From a virus: a stretch of 64,000 bases of DNA. Position 1 is the stretch's first letter, and the number at the start of each line of letters is the position of its first letter. The stretch covers positions 21,790 through 85,789 of the IMG/VR virus record IMGVR_UViG_3300020417_001527. One strand, 5' to 3'. The notes beneath the pieces are model-generated. The model did not search any database. It had not been told where the DNA came from and worked only from the letters and a program-made list of their open reading frames with translations. A program made the position numbers and the translations under genes. Positions 56,563-64,000 of this stretch are shown here, one piece after another.

Positions 56563-56857
56563 ATGCTACACTCCTACACAAATCATTGAACCAAAGATTA
56601 ACCACATCTTCTGGTGTGCTTCCTGAATAACCTGCTTCACGTAATTGTTGCACAAATAGGTCATTCCAATCCAATTCAAAATACCCACCTTTGGTTGGGT
56701 CATCTTCTTGAAAGCCAATTTTGATTACTTTTATATAAGGTGCTTTGATTTCATCAGCAACCTTTTTGTCTTTTGTACTTTTACGTTTCGCAAAGTATTT
56801 CTTTACATCATCTACTATTTTCATTCCGGATCCGTTTCTAGTCCACAATGTGGACAT
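56528..56857 (-). CDS. hypothetical phage protein
   Basis: GYFELDWN...WFNDLCR; start likely near 56824. Confidence 0.6.
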   Translation of the reverse strand: MSTLWTRNGSGMKIVDDVKKYFAKRKSTKDKKVADEIKAPYIKVIKIGFQEDDPTKGGYFELDWNDLFVQQLREAGYSGSTPEDVVNLWFNDLCRSVAFEQEQGAPPSN

Positions 56858-57060
56858 GTTTGTTTGCCTGGTATAATATCAAAGGCTGTGTGCAACATAG
56901 AAATATTTTCTGCCGTTGTTGCACAATGAGGGCATGTCATCTTTTTTGGCTTCCATGCATCTGTGGTTGCATAGCTGAACCAATTTTTACAGTTACCACA
57001 ATTGAAGTGCCAGATGATTTCACAACTAGCACTCATTATGGTGTGTTTGATTTCCGTCAA
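56821..57060 (-). CDS. small Zn-ribbon protein
   Basis: CGNC, CPHC, CPHC. Confidence 0.6.
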   Translation of the reverse strand: MTEIKHTIMSASCEIIWHFNCGNCKNWFSYATTDAWKPKKMTCPHCATTAENISMLHTAFDIIPGKQTCPHCGLETDPE

Positions 57061-57467
57061 GTACGATTACCTCTTAATGCAAAATACATTCCGCCTACCC
57101 ATAAAAATACATGCAAGTTATCATACCAAACAACGTCCCAAAAACTTTCAGGTTCACCAATCCATATCACACCTGTCATAATACTTGCTACAGTAATACC
57201 TGAAAATCTTGTCAATACATCTGCATATTCACGTAACCAAAACCAACCGGCCAATAATCCGCCTATCAGTAATCCAATACCAGCACCTAATTCACCGTAT
57301 GCTACTACCCACCAAACCAAATATGTTAAACCAAATGATTCAGCAGTTTCTACATCAACGGGTAATTTGTCCAAACCCTGTTGAATAAAAACAATGGCCA
57401 CTGGTATCCTGAGCAACCAGTGAGACATACAGAATTCAGGTATGTTTGCTACAATCTTTTTGAACAT
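57057..57467 (-). CDS. DoxX-family membrane protein
   Basis: LLRIPVAIVFIQQGLDK, GELGAGIGLLIG. Confidence 0.8.
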   Translation of the reverse strand: MFKKIVANIPEFCMSHWLLRIPVAIVFIQQGLDKLPVDVETAESFGLTYLVWWVVAYGELGAGIGLLIGGLLAGWFWLREYADVLTRFSGITVASIMTGVIWIGEPESFWDVVWYDNLHVFLWVGGMYFALRGNRT

Positions 57468-57536
57468 TAAAATCCTCTTTTTCTTATTTCTTCTATATTA
57501 ATTGGTGCCTTCATAGCTTTATCCAATTGACTGTTA

Positions 57537-58436
57537 CTATGTACCCCAGGCGTTTCCAAAGAGGCTGATGTGTAATCTTGGCGTGAACCTCCAGCCTTTT
57601 TCCATACATATCTCTGCCACTTCTTTAACGTTGAGGTTATACTCTTCAGACCTACCACCCAATGGCATAAGATATACAGGGCATTCGATGCCTGCTTGGC
57701 GATACTCGTCAACAGCTCTGCCAGCCTCGTCAATATCTGTACGATCAGCAACAACAAATTTGAGATAAAGATCGCTGTTTTGTACGCCGTAGTAATCAGC
57801 AACGACATCAGGCTTGATAGCAGTATCCCAAGGTTCTCCAGAAACGGAGAGTTTAGGCGAACATGAAAATGTCCATGTAATTCTTTCGTGATTGTCGAGA
57901 TAGTCTCTGAAATTATCATGTAATAATTGAGTACTGTTTGTTTCAAACGTAACATTTTTTAAATCTTTCATACGTGGATGTTCAAATAGTTCAATGTACA
58001 GTCGTTGCCACGCCAACAACGGTTCACCGCCAGTCATTATTAAGTGTATGTCCTGGCCATTATCCTGTGTCCATTTGCCTTCTGGCAATAGACTGACTAA
58101 ATGATCAACAACCTCATTTACGTCTTTCAGCATATTAAAATGTTTAAATTCAGGATAGATACTTGCATATGTATCGCATCCTGTGTGTATAATTGGCAAA
58201 TCTTCAAATCTATTTGTTGTTTCGTGTACTCTGTCGTCTAACAATCCTTGTACTTCTTGATTATGTATGATTCCTTCTTTTTGCTTTACATCTCGCATCG
58301 ATTCAGATCTATCCAAACCAAAATTCATACAGCGAAAGTTACAACCGAAAGTACGTAGGAATACACTAGGCACACCTACAAATTTGCCTTCACCTTGTAC
58401 TGAATAAAATGCTTCGCTATATCTAAGTTTTTTCAT
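57537..58436 (-). CDS. queE: 7-carboxy-7-deazaguanine synthase (radical SAM)
   Basis: EAFYSVQGEG, GVPSVFLRTFGCNFRC...CDT, TGGEP, ETN, SPKL, PRLH. Confidence 0.92.
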   Translation of the reverse strand: MKKLRYSEAFYSVQGEGKFVGVPSVFLRTFGCNFRCMNFGLDRSESMRDVKQKEGIIHNQEVQGLLDDRVHETTNRFEDLPIIHTGCDTYASIYPEFKHFNMLKDVNEVVDHLVSLLPEGKWTQDNGQDIHLIMTGGEPLLAWQRLYIELFEHPRMKDLKNVTFETNSTQLLHDNFRDYLDNHERITWTFSCSPKLSVSGEPWDTAIKPDVVADYYGVQNSDLYLKFVVADRTDIDEAGRAVDEYRQAGIECPVYLMPLGGRSEEYNLNVKEVAEICMEKGWRFTPRLHISLFGNAWGT

Positions 58437-58591
58437 AGTTCTTCTGCAATTCCTAATACTTCTGCAATCACAAGTAACCCACCAGCCAATATAATATTAC
58501 CATATATCAATGATGCACCTGCAACAATACGTATACCACTCTTTACTAAACTAATATAAAAATGTTTCTTACTTGGATCTTTTGGTTCCAT
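58433..58591 (-). CDS. small membrane protein (52 aa)
   Basis: Not in ORF track; MEPKDPSKKHFYISLVKSGIRIVAGASLIYGNIILAGGLLVIAEVLGIAEEL; TAATG and ATGA coupling at the two ends. Confidence 0.7.
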   Translation of the reverse strand: MEPKDPSKKHFYISLVKSGIRIVAGASLIYGNIILAGGLLVIAEVLGIAEEL

Positions 58592-59358
58592 TATACTCTA
58601 TCCTTATTTAATTGTTTGTTTGTCGCCTTTACTTGTTCTAGTATACTATGTTTAAAGAAGTTTGTCAATGCTTCAATGTCTTTGGGAAAACAATGTCCTG
58701 TGTATCCTAATCCGCCTTCATCGTTGGGCACTATCATGTGACTTGCACCGATATTTTTCATTCTTGAAAGTGTCATGCTCAAGTCGTTGTAATTAAAATT
58801 TTCCATGTTACGAGTTCTTTTAAACAGTTCATGAAAAAACGCAACCTTTGTGGCCAACCATGCATTGTGTGTATATTTGATCATTGAAGCAGTTTCTCTA
58901 CTGCACTTGGTTACAGGACAATTTAAAGGTGCAAACAATTCTGCCCATTCATCTGCATCTCGACTGTTGTTGTCATGATGTCCTATCACCAGAACTTCGG
59001 AGTTTTCAAAGTCTTGTTTGGCATGTCTTGCTCTTAAAAACTCAGGCGATACACAAACCTGTACAGGATAATTGTTTATTAGATCAGGAGTAACTGTGCT
59101 TTTTAACAGTATCTTGTGTCGGTAATCCATTGCATGATCTGACAATATTTCTTTTACTGCACTATCATCACATGTACCATCTTCCTGCATTGGTGTAGGT
59201 ACTGCAATAATAACATGTGTACACTCCATGAGAGCTTCTTCTTTATCTGTCATTGGATAAAGTTTTGGATCAATTCTGTAAACTGTGTGTTCTTGTGATT
59301 CTAACCAGTCAGCTACAGTACCGCCAACATAACCACAACCAAATACTGCAATTTTCAT
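58591..59358 (-). CDS. ugd: UDP-glucose/GDP-mannose dehydrogenase family protein (short form)
   Basis: GCGYVG, VPTP, KST, PEFL, K...N, GHCFPKD. Confidence 0.85.
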   Translation of the reverse strand: MKIAVFGCGYVGGTVADWLESQEHTVYRIDPKLYPMTDKEEALMECTHVIIAVPTPMQEDGTCDDSAVKEILSDHAMDYRHKILLKSTVTPDLINNYPVQVCVSPEFLRARHAKQDFENSEVLVIGHHDNNSRDADEWAELFAPLNCPVTKCSRETASMIKYTHNAWLATKVAFFHELFKRTRNMENFNYNDLSMTLSRMKNIGASHMIVPNDEGGLGYTGHCFPKDIEALTNFFKHSILEQVKATNKQLNKDRV

Positions 59359-59577
59359 CTATTTCTCTATTGTAACTTTTTCTGTAGGAGTTGGAATACA
59401 ATATGCAACTCCATTAAACTTAGGTACGTTCATCAATGCATGATTTACATTGTGAGCCGCTTCTGCACATTTGTAATAATCAAAGTAAACCATTTTTCTG
59501 CTGGCTTCTAAGTCAGTTCCGTTTTGATCTTCTATAACGAGTGTCCACAGTAGGACCATACCCCAGAGGGTTTTCAC
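59359..59577 (-). CDS. small hypothetical protein (hydrophobic N-terminus, two Cys)
   Basis: YYKCAEAA...AYCIP. Confidence 0.55.
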   Translation of the reverse strand: MKTLWGMVLLWTLVIEDQNGTDLEASRKMVYFDYYKCAEAAHNVNHALMNVPKFNGVAYCIPTPTEKVTIEK

Positions 59578-59804
59578 TCATTGTTCTCAAGATGGTTAAA
59601 CAGGTCTGCAAAACCACTTCGCATTACACTATATTCACCTATGTATTCTTCCATAAAGTGTTCAATTTCTGCGATTTGGTCTTTTGTTAAATCTAAAACA
59701 TCTTCAATTTCATAGTGTTCACGTACCTGTTCACTTACTCGATCAAAAATATCGTTTTCAATTTGTTCTTCATGTTTGTGTATTCTATGCCATTCAAATG
59801 CCAT
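59574..59804 (-). CDS. hypothetical protein
   Basis: AAGGAGG RBS. Confidence 0.65.
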   Translation of the reverse strand: MAFEWHRIHKHEEQIENDIFDRVSEQVREHYEIEDVLDLTKDQIAEIEHFMEEYIGEYSVMRSGFADLFNHLENNE

Positions 59805-59815
59805 ATCTTCCTCCT

Positions 59816-59887
59816 TTAATCGTAGCCTCTTTCAGCCACTTTGTCGTCATCTTCATCATCTGCAGGTTCAGGTTTTTCCTTGTCCAT
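59816..59887 (-). CDS. possible 23-aa acidic micropeptide
   Basis: MDKEKPEPADDEDDDKVAERGYD; AAGGAG 6 nt upstream. Confidence 0.4.
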   Translation of the reverse strand: MDKEKPEPADDEDDDKVAERGYD

Positions 59888-60236
59888 CTGTATCTCCTTT
59901 AGTATAGTTTATCATTTTTCTATACAGTTTTTGATACAATCGTTGTCCGTCGTAGTATACCTGTGGAGGTGTCTTATCTCCAAGTTCGAGCTGTTGGTTA
60001 ATGTCGTCATAATGCGAGATTGCATTGTTGATAACTGTCCATTTAGCCCATGCACGTTTACAATGCCCTTCACCGAAAAAGCCGTCAATAAACCAACAGA
60101 TGTTTGATAAACCCTGTTTCCTGCGTTCGTAATTCCTTGCACTAACTGTTTGATTGTTTTCTCCTCCAAACAATGTGTTAAAAAATATACTGGTCGCTAT
60201 TCCTAAACGACCAAAATAGTCAGTAATCCCAGACAT
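59868..60236 (-). CDS. hypothetical phage protein
   Basis: MSGITDYFGRLGIATSIFFNTLFGGENNQTVSAR...HC; start trimmed from the 60383 ORF. Confidence 0.6.
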   Translation of the reverse strand: MSGITDYFGRLGIATSIFFNTLFGGENNQTVSARNYERRKQGLSNICWFIDGFFGEGHCKRAWAKWTVINNAISHYDDINQQLELGDKTPPQVYYDGQRLYQKLYRKMINYTKGDTDGQGKT

Positions 60237-60864
60237 TAAAATCCAAAGATTTACCTGTTGTATCACCACCTTCGTTATCCAAAAACTCGCCTTTATAGGA
60301 AACATCATTAATGATTGTATCCCCGTTTGGCATTTCACATAAATCAAAATTGAGTAGTTTAATATCAAATTCTTCATCGTCACCTAATTCTATTGTTGCA
60401 AAATAAAAACCACCCTTTTCAACACTCATACCATAAAATACATAGTTGTGTCCATCTTTTGTAGCATGATCATCCAAGTCTAAAATACTTTCATCAACTT
60501 CAATGTCTTGCTCTGTGATTAATTGTTTGACATCGCCATCCCATACATCTGCCACATGCTCTGCCATATAATCATCACTTTCAACTTCACATATTTCTAG
60601 ATTTGCTGAACTGAGTTCACAGCCATTGCTATGCTCAATATCATCTAGATCATACCAATCACAATCAAATTGTGCTTCTTCTGGAATCTTATCATTGAAT
60701 TCTTCTTGATCCCAAAAGTATTCATTAAGAGCACCTGAATGATCTTCGAAGACTTTTTCTACTTCTTCTTCGTTGCTCCAAAACTCATATTGTTCTTTGG
60801 TGATTTTGCCGTAAACACTTTCACCACCATAACCACTGATACGTACAGTATAATATCTAGCCAT
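60220..60864 (-). CDS. acidic hypothetical protein
   Basis: ORF track. Confidence 0.65.
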   Translation of the reverse strand: MARYYTVRISGYGGESVYGKITKEQYEFWSNEEEVEKVFEDHSGALNEYFWDQEEFNDKIPEEAQFDCDWYDLDDIEHSNGCELSSANLEICEVESDDYMAEHVADVWDGDVKQLITEQDIEVDESILDLDDHATKDGHNYVFYGMSVEKGGFYFATIELGDDEEFDIKLLNFDLCEMPNGDTIINDVSYKGEFLDNEGGDTTGKSLDFNVWDY

Positions 60865-60867
60865 TTG

Positions 60868-61401
60868 CTACTCCCATGGATATACCAGCCAAACTGGTTT
60901 TTCCGTTTTGTTAACTTCGTCGACATAAAAGTCTACGTCTTGCGTACTTCCAAGATTGTTTGTTAGTACTGCAAACCTAACATTCTGATGCCATACATGT
61001 TTCCAACGTTCATTGCGTGGTTCACAGTTGTTTTCCCAATCCTGTTTAATCCACTCAAACGTTGCACCAGAATCATTTATATCATCCACAATCAGTATGT
61101 TCTTTGCTTTATCTGTATTCCATTTAATGCCATCTGATCGTTCATCATAACCTAGTGCATCTTGTGCCATACATTTGTTGCTTTCAGCAGTATAACCTTC
61201 TGAAACATCACGCAAACGAACATCTAATGCGTACATTGGAATTGTTAATCTATTGCTTAAAATTATTGCTGGAGTTAGTCCTCCACGTGTTAAGCCTACT
61301 ATATAGTCCGGTTTCCACGGTGATTTATAGAGTTGATATACAAGATCTTGTACTTGATCTTCAAGGTCTTGCCAGCTATAGTATTTCTTTTTTACTGCCA
61401 T
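60868..61401 (-). CDS. type I phosphoribosyltransferase (xanthine/hypoxanthine-guanine PRT-like)
   Basis: SW, VGLTRGG, VDDINDSGAT, WLVYPWE. Confidence 0.85.
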   Translation of the reverse strand: MAVKKKYYSWQDLEDQVQDLVYQLYKSPWKPDYIVGLTRGGLTPAIILSNRLTIPMYALDVRLRDVSEGYTAESNKCMAQDALGYDERSDGIKWNTDKAKNILIVDDINDSGATFEWIKQDWENNCEPRNERWKHVWHQNVRFAVLTNNLGSTQDVDFYVDEVNKTEKPVWLVYPWE

Positions 61402-61430
61402 ATTATACGCCTAGTTATTGATTTCCTTTT

Positions 61431-61458
61431 ATTATATACATTTTTAAGCACTTGTCAA
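61431..61458 (-). promoter_or_regulatory. sigma70-type promoter TTGACA-16-TATAAT
   Basis: Minus strand ttgaca agtgcttaaaaatgta tataat upstream of the PRT gene. Confidence 0.6.
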
Positions 61459-61461
61459 TAC

Positions 61462-62670
61462 TTATTTGAATGGATCTTGAAGTGTGATAGTTTCATCTCT
61501 ATCAGGACCTGTAGAAATTTGTATCACTGGCACTCCAACTAATTCTTCTATTCTTTTTATATAATTCTTAGCTTCTTTGGGTAACAGTTCGTGGTCTGTT
61601 ATACCATATGTGCTTGTCATCCAACCTTTGTGTTCTTCATAACCTTCTCCGTTATAAATTTTAATTGTTCCAAGCTCATCTAGTACATCTATTTTTGTTA
61701 ATGCTATTCCTGTTACACCATTTAACATACAGGTCTTTTTAACCAATGGTGCATCAAACCAACCACAACGTCTGCCTCTACCAGTTACTGTGCCTTTTTC
61801 TTTACCCACAGTTGCAAGGTGTTCTCCAACTTCATCAAACAATTCAGTTTCCATTGGTCCTTCACCAACACGAGTTGTGTATGCTTTTGTAATTCCCAGC
61901 ACGTTTGGTATTTTATTGTGTGGCACACCTGTGCCAATACTGGCCATTCCTGCCAATGTGTTTGAACTTGTTACATAAGGATATGTTCCCCAATCAACAT
62001 CTAGCATGGAACCTTGGGCACCTTCAAACAAAATCTGTTTGTTTTCAGACATTAGTTCATGCATGTGTTCCCAAACAGGCCCAATGTATGGAACAATGTC
62101 TTTGGCAATATCACTTATCTGTTCAAATAACCAATCTTCTTGTACAGGATAATTTCTTAATTTGTTATGATGCTGAAGTGCTATTTTAAGTCTTGCTCTG
62201 AGATGATCTAAATCTTTGAGATCACCTGTTCTAATTGCACGTCTACCCACTTTATCTTCGTATGCTGGACCTATGCCTCTGCCAGTTGTGCCTATTTTAT
62301 TGGTACCAGCTTGTTCTTCTCTGTCTTGATCTAATTCTCTGTGATACTGTAGTATCAACGGAATGTTATCAGCAATCATTAATCTATCGCCAATTTTAAT
62401 ACCCATTGACTCTACCAATCTTATTTCATCCAGCAGTTTCCATGGATCCAACACAACACCATTGCCAATGATTGCTGTCTTATCTGATCTAATTATACCA
62501 GAAGGCAACAGAGAAAGTTTATAGGTTTGGTTGCTTATTTTAATTGTGTGTCCTGCATTATGGCCGCCTTGAAACCTTACAATAGTGTCAGCCTGTTCGG
62601 ATAGTATGTCAACAAATTTGCCTTTGCCTTCATCTCCCCATTGTGTTCCGACTACTACTAGGTTTGCCAT
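61462..62670 (-). CDS. purA: adenylosuccinate synthetase
   Basis: QWGDEGKG, GGHNAGHT, GTTGRGIGP, EGAQG, TTRVGEGP, TGRGRRCGW. Confidence 0.96.
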   Translation of the reverse strand: MANLVVVGTQWGDEGKGKFVDILSEQADTIVRFQGGHNAGHTIKISNQTYKLSLLPSGIIRSDKTAIIGNGVVLDPWKLLDEIRLVESMGIKIGDRLMIADNIPLILQYHRELDQDREEQAGTNKIGTTGRGIGPAYEDKVGRRAIRTGDLKDLDHLRARLKIALQHHNKLRNYPVQEDWLFEQISDIAKDIVPYIGPVWEHMHELMSENKQILFEGAQGSMLDVDWGTYPYVTSSNTLAGMASIGTGVPHNKIPNVLGITKAYTTRVGEGPMETELFDEVGEHLATVGKEKGTVTGRGRRCGWFDAPLVKKTCMLNGVTGIALTKIDVLDELGTIKIYNGEGYEEHKGWMTSTYGITDHELLPKEAKNYIKRIEELVGVPVIQISTGPDRDETITLQDPFK

Positions 62671-62671
62671 A

Positions 62672-63532
62672 TCAATAACTCTGTGCTAGACGCCATTTCA
62701 AGTATGCCAAACTTTCAATGGGTTCATATTTTGCTGGTTCTTGTGTTAAGTTTTCTACCATTGTACCTGGTTTAGGATCTACAAAGTGTGGCATGCTCCA
62801 ACGTTCTTGATCTATATGTGTATTTACGACACGATGTTTTGTGCTTTTGAAATAGTCGTTGGTCCATCTTTGCAGTAAATCACCAATGTTGCAAACCACA
62901 CCATTGTCAGCATAAGGTACAGGATGCCAATCACCACTAATGTCTTGTACTTCAAGTCCTGGTACATCATTGATTTGCCACAGTAGAGTGATAGTTCCGT
63001 AATCGCTATGTTCACCAATTCGCATTTGTTTCTTTTCAATTTCTCCTGTGTATGCAGGATAATGAATAACTCTTGTTGTGCTATAGTTTTCTCTATGACA
63101 ACGTGTAAGTGGCATGTCTGCTCTGTTTAATATTCTATCAAACATCATCATAATTTTAATTGTTAATCTATCTGCTATATCCACAGTTGCTCTAGCAGTG
63201 GTTTTAAAACCTTCAATGTCAGGCCACAAATGGTCGCCCATTCTGTCATTGTTATAGTTAAAACTTTCTTTCAAATCTTTTGGAGCAGTAGGATCAACAT
63301 TTTCTGCACCCATAACTGAATAACCTAAATTTGTGTCGCTTTCATATGGATACTTTAGTTTGGTTTCTTGATCAAGTTCAAAAAACTGTTTCATTGTATC
63401 AAACCACAAATTATATGTGCGTTGTTCTTGTTCATTGAAATGATTAGTAAAAACTGCAAATCCTATTGAAGTGTATGCTTCTTCTATTTCTTTGAGAGCT
63501 GTGTCTGATTTTAAATCTATTACTGGAATCAT
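62672..63532 (-). CDS. isopenicillin-N-synthase-like 2OG-Fe(II) oxygenase
   Basis: IPVIDL, HSDYGTITLL, NIGDLLQRWTND, HRV, RWS. Confidence 0.9.
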   Translation of the reverse strand: MIPVIDLKSDTALKEIEEAYTSIGFAVFTNHFNEQEQRTYNLWFDTMKQFFELDQETKLKYPYESDTNLGYSVMGAENVDPTAPKDLKESFNYNNDRMGDHLWPDIEGFKTTARATVDIADRLTIKIMMMFDRILNRADMPLTRCHRENYSTTRVIHYPAYTGEIEKKQMRIGEHSDYGTITLLWQINDVPGLEVQDISGDWHPVPYADNGVVCNIGDLLQRWTNDYFKSTKHRVVNTHIDQERWSMPHFVDPKPGTMVENLTQEPAKYEPIESLAYLKWRLAQSY

Positions 63533-63702
63533 TTTTCTTCCAATTTTATTATTCTGTTTTCAAGTTCATTGATCTTATCAGCCATTCGTTGCATCTCATG
63601 TCGCATTGAATCACCAGTTGAGGACATAAAGCCTTCACGTTTTCTAGACGTAAAATCTAATCTAAGTCCAGCATCTGGATCTGTAGCTTTATCATAAACC
63701 AT
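63529..63702 (-). CDS. small hypothetical coiled-coil protein
   Basis: Start trimmed to ATG 63702 from the 63765 ORF; ATGA coupling. Confidence 0.5.
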   Translation of the reverse strand: MVYDKATDPDAGLRLDFTSRKREGFMSSTGDSMRHEMQRMADKINELENRIIKLEEK

Positions 63703-64000
63703 ATTGCCACTCCTTGTATCTGTGTGCTTTGAAACACGAGTTTTGTCTGCCTGTAATAAATTCATTCAATGGTGCAGGATACTCTGCAAAGTCAGGAATA
63801 ACATATTCCCAAACAGTATCTCCTTCTGGTGTGACTTCAAACAGTCTGCCAAATGCACTTTCGCAAATAAATGTGTTGCCATTCCACAGTCTTTGCACAC
63901 TACCCATGTAAGGTGAAAAGAAACTAGGAGGCATGTTGTCTACATAACTCCAAACACATTCTTTACTTGCTAGATCAAACTCTACAATTCTACTGTGATG
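63692..64000 (-). CDS. arylsulfate sulfotransferase (ASST)-like beta-propeller, 3' fragment (runs off window end)
   Basis: HSRIVEFD...VWEY...FFSPYMGSVQRLWNGNTFICE...GRLFEVTPEGDTVWEY; frame open to position 64000. Confidence 0.75.
   Translation of the reverse strand, partial: HHSRIVEFDLASKECVWSYVDNMPPSFFSPYMGSVQRLWNGNTFICESAFGRLFEVTPEGDTVWEYVIPDFAEYPAPLNEFITGRQNSCFKAHRYKEWQYGL

Noticed and set aside
61462-62670. PurZ (2-aminoadenine Z-genome synthase)
   Set aside because: It has the canonical PurA GDEGKG catalytic Asp rather than the Ser of PurZ; no datZ or mazZ seen.
1390-63532. Beta-lactam (cephamycin/clavam) pathway from IPNS-like, CmcH-like and Bls-like genes
   Set aside because: Only superfamily-level resemblance; the genes are far apart and there is no ACV synthetase.
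405-63916. Numerous 60-180 aa antisense or nested ORFs in the track (e.g. 49022-49525, 56848-57384, 44072-44467)
   Set aside because: They are shadows of well-supported genes on the other strand or frame, with no RBS or motifs.
1-64000. CRISPR arrays, tRNA/rRNA genes, IS elements, introns or inteins, long tandem repeats
   Set aside because: Intergenic gaps are nearly all under 80 bp and I saw no such signatures by eye; tRNAscan/Infernal would be needed to exclude small RNAs.
1-64000. Eukaryotic giant virus (NCLDV) origin
   Set aside because: Shine-Dalgarno sites, sigma70 promoters, overlapping operonic genes and a T4-type RNase H indicate a bacterial-type expression system.

Overview
Gene-dense, AT-rich 64 kb segment that most likely comes from a large tailed dsDNA bacteriophage. 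Support: a T4-type RNase H, a MoxR-AAA/VWA pair, tight ATGA/TAATG gene coupling, Shine-Dalgarno sites, sigma70-type promoters and TAAATA late-type motifs. No capsid or terminase gene lies in the window, so the phage call is an inference. PyrF and PurA look alphaproteobacterial (Roseobacter-like), which hints at a marine host. About the first 44 kb is a very dense tailoring-enzyme island. The window holds 13 non-QueE radical SAM enzymes in three architectures: 7 with an N-terminal Twitch/SPASM-like domain, two split from stand-alone SPASM-like genes, and one fused to a 2OG-Fe(II) oxygenase. With them are six 2OG-Fe(II)-type oxygenase domains (one Kdo-hydroxylase-like), five methyltransferases, a carbamoyltransferase, amidinotransferase, PLP enzyme, SDR, GNAT, Asn-synthetase-like ligase, two glycosyltransferases, three SGNH-like proteins, APS kinase plus sulfotransferase-like proteins, three ParB/Srx-like paralogues and an NHLP-leader-like protein. 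Auxiliary metabolic genes include pckA, apt, pyrF, purA, queE, a ugd-like gene, a fatty-acid desaturase and a TctA/TctC/TctC transporter. The best candidate for an undescribed system is a virus-encoded, radical-SAM-centred modification pathway whose substrate (glycan/LPS, virion protein or peptide, or small molecule) cannot be determined from sequence alone. No tRNA, rRNA, CRISPR array or transposase was seen. All family calls come from motif recognition by eye, not from database searches.
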